A stretch of DNA of 63,133 nucleotides, filler included, from Octopus bimaculoides (Eukaryota): NCBI RefSeq assembly GCF_001194135.2. It is 5 parts of 4 records of this genome, joined end to end, with 100 filler letters (N's around TTAATTAATTAA, not from the genome) between each part and the next. Parts side by side here need not be neighbours in the genome. Positions count along the whole stretch, not along the records: positions 47,519 to 54,964 come from NC_068992.1; positions 55,065 to 61,933 come from NC_068987.1; positions 62,034 to 63,133 come from NC_068994.1; 2 more parts are not named here. One strand, given 5' to 3'. Position numbers and translations under genes: made by a program. Positions 54,151 to 63,133 of the stretch are shown in pieces. Under the pieces are notes generated by a model. That model did no database searches and was not told where the DNA came from. It saw only the letters and a program-made list of their open reading frames with translations. Position 1 is the first letter of the stretch, and every line of letters begins with the position of its first letter.

Positions 54151-55368
54151 CTTTCAGAGCAGGTGAATGTTTTTCTAGTATTTAAATGGCTTTCCATCCT
54201 CAGTTGTAAGCTATTTTTTTTTCTGTCAACTTTAATCTTTTTGCTCTCCAACGCCGTTGAATTTCAATGCATCCAGCTGCTCCTCCCCCACGACAAAAAA
54301 AAAAAAAAAGATTAAAAAGAGTCATGAAAAAAACCGACAAATTTTGCCCGAACACCTTTTCCCTTTTCCCATCTCTACTCTACCGTTTCACTTTTCTACA
54401 TCTCTCTCTCAGTCGGTCACTTTCTCTGTCTGTCTGTCCGTCTGTGCGCATATTTATATCTCTGTCTGTCTGTTTGTCCCCCTCTCTCTCTCGCGGTGTT
54501 CATCAGTATTAACCTCGTTTACAAATGTTGATACTGTCTACATGACGAAAGATGACAAACACTATTGATGCTTTCTAATATCATTAAATTTCAGAGTACA
54601 TCAGATATGTGAGGGAGAATAGTGGCAAACTTAAGGCGCTGGATATTGTCAATATCGCTGTACACGTTCGCTTTTACGTCAATTCTGTGAAGCCAAAAGA
54701 TTGCCATATATATATATCAAAATAAATTCAGAAATTGTCCCGTTCAATAGAAAAGAAAATTTTCAACAGCATATTAATTTAGAGAAAGTGTATGATACCT
54801 TACTTTCCATGTATTCTTACTTTTTCCATTTTTAATTATCACCATCATAATATTTGTTCATAAATTCATACACACACATATGTACACGCACGCACGAACA
54901 CACACACATATATGTATATACATACATACACACACACATATATGTGTAAGTATATCTGTATATANNNNNNNNNNNNNNNNNNNNNNNNNNNNNNNNNNNN
55001 NNNNNNNNTTAATTAATTAANNNNNNNNNNNNNNNNNNNNNNNNNNNNNNNNNNNNNNNNNNNNTATTCTTGGGTGGAATAATACCGGTGTTATTTAATC
55101 TGTTTGTAATTTTTTTGTACATGGTGTTTTTGGGTTCGAAGATGGTCTGATTTTGATGTAACACGTGTGTTTACGATCGCTGTGCGGGTAGTGGAGGTAT
55201 CAAGTTAAAATACATCATTATATTTGGAAAAATAGAAATAAATTTCAATGAGTATTACTTACTCGGATATAGTCCAACCCTTTGTCAGCTATTTTTTGGC
55301 TCCATGCGATGTCTTTATTTCCGATGTTTTTGGATAAGTTTCGGAGCAGTGGTTTATCGTTCTCACAT

Positions 55369-55915
<547 letters not shown>

Positions 55916-55917
55916 TT

Positions 55918-56107
55918 TGACTCAGGTTCGGTCTTATTTCTGGCAGGATTTATGTGGGTAGTGGGTTACTACCTGTAACCTTAGGTATCCACAAACTTTC
56001 AATAGTTTTTCAAGTGCTAAGAACCCTCCTGATAATCTTTCCTGTCCCTAAGATGGCAAACGCCCTGTACAAACTCTACAGGACAGCTTGCGGAATCGTG
56101 AGCACAG
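55918..56107 (-). mobile_element. R4/Dong-like ORF C-terminus and 3' UTR
   Basis: Minus strand ..VEFVQ..AILGTGKIIRRVLST* resembles the LQK.ALLGTA.ILRKVL end of R4-clade ORFs. The 3' end runs into the TAA array. Confidence 0.72.
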
Positions 56108-56239
56108 CAGGCAAAATTCTTAGCGACTTTACCTTTCATCTTTTCGGGGGCGATAAAATATGTACCAGTTGAACACTAGGGTCTTTGTAGTAGATTTACC
56201 TCCTGCACCGAAAATGTTACCCCTTGTGCCTTAATTTCG

Positions 56240-56276
<37 letters not shown>

Positions 56277-56324
56277 GTCATCGTCATCGTCATCATCATC
56301 ATCATCATTATCATCATCATCATT

Positions 56325-56725
56325 GAGTGAGAGAACAGTGTATGCCATCAAAGTGGCCCTAGGATAAAATATACGAAGTCCAGTATACCCATCATGTCTA
56401 CCTGTCTAATAAGGGTATACCAGACACATGTATCACAACCATATGCGCACGACATGGGGATCTCATATCAAGATAAACAGCGCATGACCTTGCAGGTGGG
56501 ACCCAGTTAGAATTTTCTTCAGGTTGAGTAGCCCATCGCGCTCCAAATCAGGTTTGTTTAAGGATGTTGATCGAAACACTCATGTTTCCAAAAGCGAATT
56601 ATTCAAACCCCAAAGAATTCCCCTCAACACATAGCTATGATGCTCCCCCACTACTCCTGCTCGTGATCAGAGATGTACATATCGTCAGCCACCAAGGGAC
56701 ATGCTCAATTGGCTAAGGTCAAGCT
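56325..56725. repeat. Abundant octopus interspersed repeat (class unassigned)
   Basis: gagtgagaga.cagtg.atgccatcaaagtg..gatctcatatcaagataaacagcgcatgaccttgcaggtggg is recalled as a high-copy octopus repeat; not verified. Confidence 0.5.
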
Positions 56726-56994
56726 TTATTTTTCTGCTGAAATTATATCATGTTTTAATTATTGTATATTTTATTATGAATTTTTATTTGTTTCTGTGCA
56801 ATTACTTATGCGTTTCAAAATGTTTCAACTTGTCCCAACTTTAATTGTATAATTTATTTCAACCAGCTTTCATTTATACATAACTCGTTTGTCCACACAA
56901 ATTTATATCTTCCGTACAACATACATTGTATTTTGTAGGACTTTATCAAGTCCTTTGTGGTTTGTGGAATCGCTAAAGAGTCGAACAAAATGTT

Positions 56995-57180
56995 TTGCAA
57001 TATTTCTTGCGACGCTTTACATGTACTAAATTCAAACTCTGATGAAGTCAACTTTATCTTTCATCATTTCGGAGTCGATAAAATAATATACCAGTCAAAT
57101 TCTGAAGTCAATAGTTTCGAATTACGTCTATCCTCGAAATTACTGGCCTTGTGTCTAAATTTAAAAAAAAATGTTATTAT
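56995..57180 (+). mobile_element. Degenerate SINE family B copy
   Basis: ttcaaa.tc.g..ga.gtcaacttt..ctttcatc.tttcgg.gtcgataaaat. Confidence 0.7.
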
Positions 57181-57316
57181 CAGTTGTTGCGACTGTAAGT
57201 TTGACGAAGAGCTCCTCCTTTTCTTGTGATCCTAGCTACTTGGTTCCAAACAGACGCATGTGAATATTAAGCAGCAGTTAGCCGGCGACAATGAGTCGGA
57301 GATGGTAGTTAACTTT

Positions 57317-57531
57317 AATCCTTTGTACTGGAAACACAAGGCCTCAAATTTGGGGAAAGGGATTAAGTCGATTATATCGACCCCAGTGCGTAATTGGTAC
57401 TTATTTAATCGACCTCGAAAGGATAAAAAGCAAAGTCGACCCCGGCGGAATTTGAACTCAGAACGTAGCGACGTGCGAAATACCGCTAAGCATTTCGTCC
57501 GGCGTGCTAACGACTTTGCTAGCTCGCCGCC
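57317..57531 (-). mobile_element. SINE family B, full-length copy
   Basis: Ends ctagctcgccgcc and contains gcaaagtcgaccccggcggaatttgaactcagaacg. Confidence 0.9.
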
Positions 57532-57639
57532 TTTGGTAGTTAACTCTAATGCCGCAATTCTCGGTACTTTGAACGCCCGATAATAGCCGCTGAAATGCGA
57601 TAGGTGGTTAGCAGTTCCACGTAGCGCAAATCATGCCGT

Positions 57640-58030
57640 TTGGTGATCCATAACTCCTCTGGGTTATTAATTCTCTCCTAGAAAGAGCATCATTATAATA
57701 TTTAGTTGCATCGTTAAATATCTGTTCGTCTGTAGAAAAGTGCGATAGACTAATTGAGATATGTTAATTCAAATTACTTGTGATATTCCTAGGGTTGTTG
57801 GAATGTTGTGGATAAAATGAAGAGATTAATTTCGATTCTAGTAAGCGAAGTACTGATAACTTGTCAGGCTTAAAGGGATGTCAAGAAATTTCACTCTGGT
57901 GAAACTCATTTGTATGGGGATCTGCATGTCTAGGTCCTTGAAAAGGGAATGTCTATTCTTTCTAAATCGGTCGGTGGTCTGTGCTTTAGGGTTTTGTAAT
58001 ACCAGGTACCTATCATCTCATCACACAAAA
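57640..58030 (-). mobile_element. Penelope-like RT/thumb fragment (same clade as 4110-5750)
   Basis: DRFRKNRHSLFKDLDMQIPIQ..VKFLDIPL and STDEQIFNDATKYYNDALSR. Confidence 0.75.
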
Positions 58031-58378
58031 TCCTAACCTGGGAAGTCGATTGTCAAGTCGTGCAGGCTGACAATACCACTCACGTCGGTTAGTTGTTATG
58101 GTACTGGCATCATGATTACAATGTTACAGGTGAAATTTCCAGACCGGATAATGCATAATGTCCTTGAGCAAGGTTTTTCATTTAGCACTTCATTTACATT
58201 GTTTCAGATCATCAGCTTAATAATGAATACTAGCCTACTTCTGATACTGCTCTTTCACCCTCCAGCTGTTACATACCGCATGTTCTGTTGGATTAAGTGT
58301 GAGCGTATCAAGAAGATGCCTGTACCTGCTCGCGACTACATCCAAAACAATTATCGAGAGCAGTTACACACAGGCCCG

Positions 58379-58427
<49 letters not shown>

Positions 58428-59083
58428 NNNNNNNNNNNNNNNNNNNNNNNNNNNNNNNNNNNNNNNNNNNNNNNNNNNNNNNNNNNNNNNNNNNNNNNNN
58501 NNNNNNNNNNNNNNNNNNNNNNNNNNNNNNNNNNNNNNNNNNNNNNNNNNNNNNNNNNNNNNNNNNNNNNNNNNNNNNNNNNNNNNNNNNNNNNNNNNNN
58601 NNNNNNNNNNNNNNNNNNNNNNNNNNNNNNNNNNNNNNNNNNNNNNNNNNNNNNNNNNNNNNNNNNNNNNNNNNNNNNNNNNNNNNNNNNNNNNNNNNNN
58701 NNNNNNNNNNNNNNNNNNNNNNNNNNNNNNNNNNNNNNNNNNNNNNNNNNNNNNNNNNNNNNNNNNNNNNNNNNNNNNNNNNNNNNNNNNNNNNNNNNNN
58801 NNNNNNNNNNNNNNNNNNNNNNNNNNNNNNNNNNNNNNNNNNNNNNNNNNNNNNNNNNNNNNNNNNNNNNNNNNNNNNNNNNNNNNNNNNNNNNNNNNNN
58901 NNNNNNNNNNNNNNNNNNNNNNNNNNNNNNNNNNNNNNNNNNNNNNNNNNNNNNNNNNNNNNNNNNNNNNNNNNNNNNNNNNNNNNNNNNNNNNNNNNNN
59001 NNNNNNNNNNNNNNNNNNNNNNNNNNNNNNNNNNNNNNNNNNNNNNNNNNNNNNNNNNNNNNNNNNNNNNNNNNNNNNNNNNN

Positions 59084-59126
<43 letters not shown>

Positions 59127-60921
59127 CACACACACAGACGGCTGTATATGTATGTATGTGTGTATGTGCGTGCGAGTACGTGAGCGCCTATGTGCACGTG
59201 AAAGTATGTGTTGCTGATGTATATCAACGGAAAATGGAAACCGCGGCCAGAAAAACCTATAAAATCACATTCGTTATACTCGCCATTGTAAGATGCAGTG
59301 AACCAATGATTGGTCTGTTCTAACTAACGTGTATTGCTTACGAAATGTGATATAAAATAAGTAAAGTAATAAAACTATTGAAGTGGATTGAATTAACTTT
59401 ATATCCCTCTTCCCCAAATATGTGGCCTTGTGCCAATGTTAAATATTCATTATTTTTATTACTGTATCCCACGTACGGGTTCTCTATTCTCTCGATGTTA
59501 TTATGAGATTCGAAAATAGAGTAAGTTTGTATTAGTAAGTCATTCTTTTGTTATGTTTTATTGATATACGTGTGCCTCACAGAAGCATATCATCAAATAG
59601 TTCTTATACTATTTACACATGGTCATAGAGTAGCGATTCGATTCGACTCCGGTTCGATAAGCCACAAAATGGTGAAATATCGGTATCCATCACTCTTGAA
59701 TTCGATTGGAGGTGAGTTGTCTCACCTGTCTATAGCTTTCCGGTGATTTAACAACCAGCGTTGATTGTATGAAATCATTAAGAATCTAATTAGCTGTTGT
59801 ATATAGAATAGGAGATAAGCTATTCGACAACATCCTGAGAATTTGTTATATAAACTCATATTCTGTTGTAGACACAGCACCTGTGCTTTTTTTTTTTTGA
59901 AAAATAATTTAACATATGTCTTAACATTTTGTTGAGTGGGTGGCATATTTAAATTGCGTTTGCTTTCTGAAACTTTTACAATTTCGAACGTATTGATACT
60001 AACAACTTCACCCAAATTCTTATTAATTTTGGGACGTTTCCGATTCCTGATCTACATCAAGCATGACTGTTTAAAAAAAAAATTACCAGTCACAGGTCGA
60101 TCCCACTGCGCGGTATGTTTGACGGTAAGTATCGCTTACCAAAGCTTCGGGTTGATTGTTGCCTTATGAGTAAAAGTTACAAAACTGACTCAAGGGCTAA
60201 GTGTTTCAGCACAGCATTTGACAGACTAACTTTTAAAAAGTCAAGAGGTCATTCCATACTGGAGATTAGAATTCTTTCTAGAATGATCGATTAAATTTAA
60301 TTTTGGAGAATTACGTGATAAACAGTAAAGTTAGTTTCTTCCCATTATGTGCAAACATATAAAAAAAGGACAAGTATGCAATACAAACACACATAGGCAT
60401 ACATTTAAAAATCACACACACCCGCGCGCACACACATACACACTCAGGCATATACACACGAAGACATTGACAACGCACATACGTTCTTACAATGCAATAC
60501 GCAAGCGAACATAAATTAGTGATTATGTGTATTTCAGGAGATTCAGCCTCATATGTGTACATAAATGCACATATATACACCCGTGTGCATATAAACATAT
60601 AAACTGAGGTATATGTAGACATGTATGTATGTATGTATGTATGTATGTATGTATGTATGTATGTATGTGCATGAGTGCGTATATATATATATTTGGGCGT
60701 GTGAGTGTGTGTATGTGTGTATGTGTGTGTGTGTGTGTGTGTACAGTTTTTTTAAAAATTAAAACTGAAGCTGAGAGTTTCTCTCGCGATTCGAGTTTCA
60801 CGTTACTGCGTTCATCAGGCCGCAGTGTTGTGAAACTCGAACTGCGAGACTTTTAGGCTCGATAAAAAAATATATATCCTCTGTGTGTATTAGCACTCCT
60901 GTCTCATTCGTTAAAGCAACT

Positions 60922-60975
60922 TATGTATGTATGTATGTATGTATGTATGTATGTATGTATGTATGTATGTATGTA

Positions 60976-61048
<73 letters not shown>

Positions 61049-61050
61049 CT
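60922..61050. repeat. Compound (ATGT)n(ATCT)n microsatellite
   Basis: Direct reading. Confidence 0.98.
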
Positions 61051-61262
61051 ATGGACAGACGGTAGGCGTGTCGGCTCCGTAAGTTTTGCCTTTTTCATGT
61101 TTTAAAAAAGTTTGTTTGTAAAGTTTATTTTATATAGAAAGTTGTATAACAACTTATAGACTCTCTGGTGCAAGTTTTTTACAACGGAAATCTGCCCTGT
61201 GTGGCACATTTCCAGGATTTAAAAATCAATTTCGGCTTTCTAGCCATTTTTATTTTGAGACG

Positions 61263-61933
61263 ATGGCGTCTTGTAGCCATGAAAAGTTTCGTGAAACGAA
61301 CGCTGAATTTTGCAGTGTTTCGTTCGAAAAAGAATTTCCTAGTCTTCCTTCCTCACAGTTAAACGAGAGAATGGAGAAAAAGAAAAAAGAATTCACACAC
61401 ACAAATTCAAGTGTTAACACCGCCACCACCACCACCAACAACAAGAACAAAACTGTAACTAAGGTTACAAAACGGAACATGGACGATGTCTCCAAAGAAT
61501 CTGACGTCAACACCAATTCTGGTGACGACATCATTACTACCACCACCAACAACAACGACAACAACAACACCAACAACAGCAGCAGCAGCAGCAACAGTTC
61601 AACTCAACCTTTGCTCTCTTCACCAGCAGCAAGCGAAAGAGAGGAAGGAAAAAGCCACAACACCACTGACACAAATACCACATCTGCCATCAATACCAGT
61701 GCCAGCACCAGCAACAACAATAACAACAATAACAAAAACAAAAACTTTGCTGAAGCTTTGAAGCAAAGTGAAACTGTTGTGTCCTACACGACAAAGGAAA
61801 TTATAGAAACGAGGAAGTTGATTACCAAAGAAAGCGGTGAAGTACATTTGAACATACCACAACACATATTAGAGGAAACAAGTAGGAAAACAATAATTTA
61901 TAAAATAATAAACACTAAAAGTAGAAGGCCGGA
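61263..61933 (+). CDS. Uninterrupted ORF of at least 223 codons, Asn/Thr/Ser-rich; possible ORF1 of a non-LTR element, truncated at an assembly join
   Basis: No stop from ATG 61263 to the gap. The non-repetitive segment KNFAEALKQSETVVSYTTKEIIETRK..HLNIPQH resembles ORF1 pre-RRM SYA.AL motifs. Identity not established. Confidence 0.4.
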
Positions 61934-62033
61934 NNNNNNNNNNNNNNNNNNNNNNNNNNNNNNNNNNNNNNNNNNNNTTAATTAATTAANNNNNNNNNNN
62001 NNNNNNNNNNNNNNNNNNNNNNNNNNNNNNNNN

Positions 62034-63133
62034 GTTGGTGGTGGTGGGTGACGGTGTGGGGACGGTAGTCATCGTGATGTTGCGGTTTGGCGTTGGTGGT
62101 GGTGGTGGTGGTGGTGGTGGTGGTGGTGGTGTCGATAGTGATGATGGTTGTGATGGTGGTGGTGTCGATAGTGACGATGTTTGTGATGATAGCGATGGTG
62201 GTTATGATGATGATGATGATGACGATGGTGTTGGTGGTAGTGGTGGGGATTGAGGAGGTGTTAAAGGAGGTGATGATATGCTGCTGCTGCTACTACTACT
62301 GATGATGATGATGATGATGATGGTGAGGTTTTTTGTTTTTTTTGTTTTTCTGCTGATTACGATATTTGACAATCAGTGAAAAAGTGGAATGTACATGGGA
62401 TGGTCGGAGGAGGAGTAGAAGGGGAGGAGGAGGAGGAAGAAGAGGGACAAGAAGAGGGTAGGAGGAGACTCTTGTGTAATGGGAGTGTGTTTGTGTGTGT
62501 GCGCGCGCGAGTATGTGTGTGAACGTATGTACGTGCATGTGTATGTGTGTGTGTGTGTGTCGACTCTGTGTGTACGAGTGTATGTGTGTCTATGTGTCTA
62601 TGAGTGTGTATGTGTGTACCTGGTGTGGAAACCTGAGTATGGGCATATATATGTGTATGTGTATGCCTGTGTATGTGTGTGTGTATGAACGTGCGAATGT
62701 GTGTGTGTGTGCATGTATGTATGTATATGTGTCTGTATGTGAGTTTATGTGTGGCGTAAGAACGTATGTATACAAACGTGTGTGTATGTGTGCATGTGTG
62801 AGCGAACGTGTGTATGAATGCATGTGTGTCAATATATGCGTGTACACGTATGTGTACGTGTGTGCGCGTGCATGTATACGCGCGTGTGTGCATGAACATC
62901 TATTGTGTGAACGTGAGTCATGCATACACGATTATGTGTATGCATGTGTGATTGCGTGTATGCGTGTATCAATATAAGTGTGTGAGTGGATGTGCGCATG
63001 CGTGCGGGCACACACACGTGCATTTATGAATGTGTGTATGCATATGATTGCACGAATGTGTATGCATGTCTGTATGTGTGAACGAGTGTACATATCTGTG
63101 TGTGTGTGTCTGTGCTTGTATGTCCATATATAT
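62034..63133. repeat. Low-complexity GGT/GAT trinucleotide tract followed by degenerate (GT)n/(GTAT)n
   Basis: Direct reading. Confidence 0.95.

Noticed and set aside
57037-57050. ctgatgaag inside 56995-57180
   Set aside because: It is a mutated ccgccgagg of SINE family B, with no GAAA or stems.
60161-60197. Hammerhead-like gcc-TTATGA-GTAA/aag/TTAC-AAAAC
   Set aside because: Two invariant core positions differ (no CUGA, no GAAA); at best a dead relic.
62090-62131. (GGT)n and other G-rich runs as G-quadruplex or telomere-like signals
   Set aside because: Ordinary microsatellite at a contig edge; no TTAGGG array.

Overview
This is AT-rich eukaryotic DNA from a gapped short-read scaffold. The SINE families and very dense compound microsatellites point to an octopus (coleoid cephalopod); that assignment is from recall, and no search was run. 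I found no recognisable host protein-coding gene, rRNA, tRNA gene or CRISPR array, and most ORFs in the supplied track are microsatellite or N-gap artefacts. The window is an intronic or intergenic transposon graveyard. It holds at least five Penelope-like (RT/GIY-YIG) fragments, two near-full-length decayed RTE LINEs, an RTE-X 3' half, R4/Dong-like fragments in (TAA)n arrays and a CR1-group remnant. It also holds two Tc1 elements, a mariner, a third Tc1/mariner fragment, a Charlie-type hAT remnant with a nested 8-bp-TSD MITE, a Tigger-like MITE, a fold-back element and three tRNA-derived SINE families. The most interesting signal is a set of minimal type I hammerhead-ribozyme motifs from at least three unrelated families (3145-3210, 39180-39223 with 39726-39769, 50931-50980, and a weaker one at 60786-60820). 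Each has a (near-)palindromic stem III of the kind thought to need dimerisation. Four 100-bp joins (44 N + TTAATTAATTAA + 44 N) are assembly artefacts, so adjacency across them is unproven.
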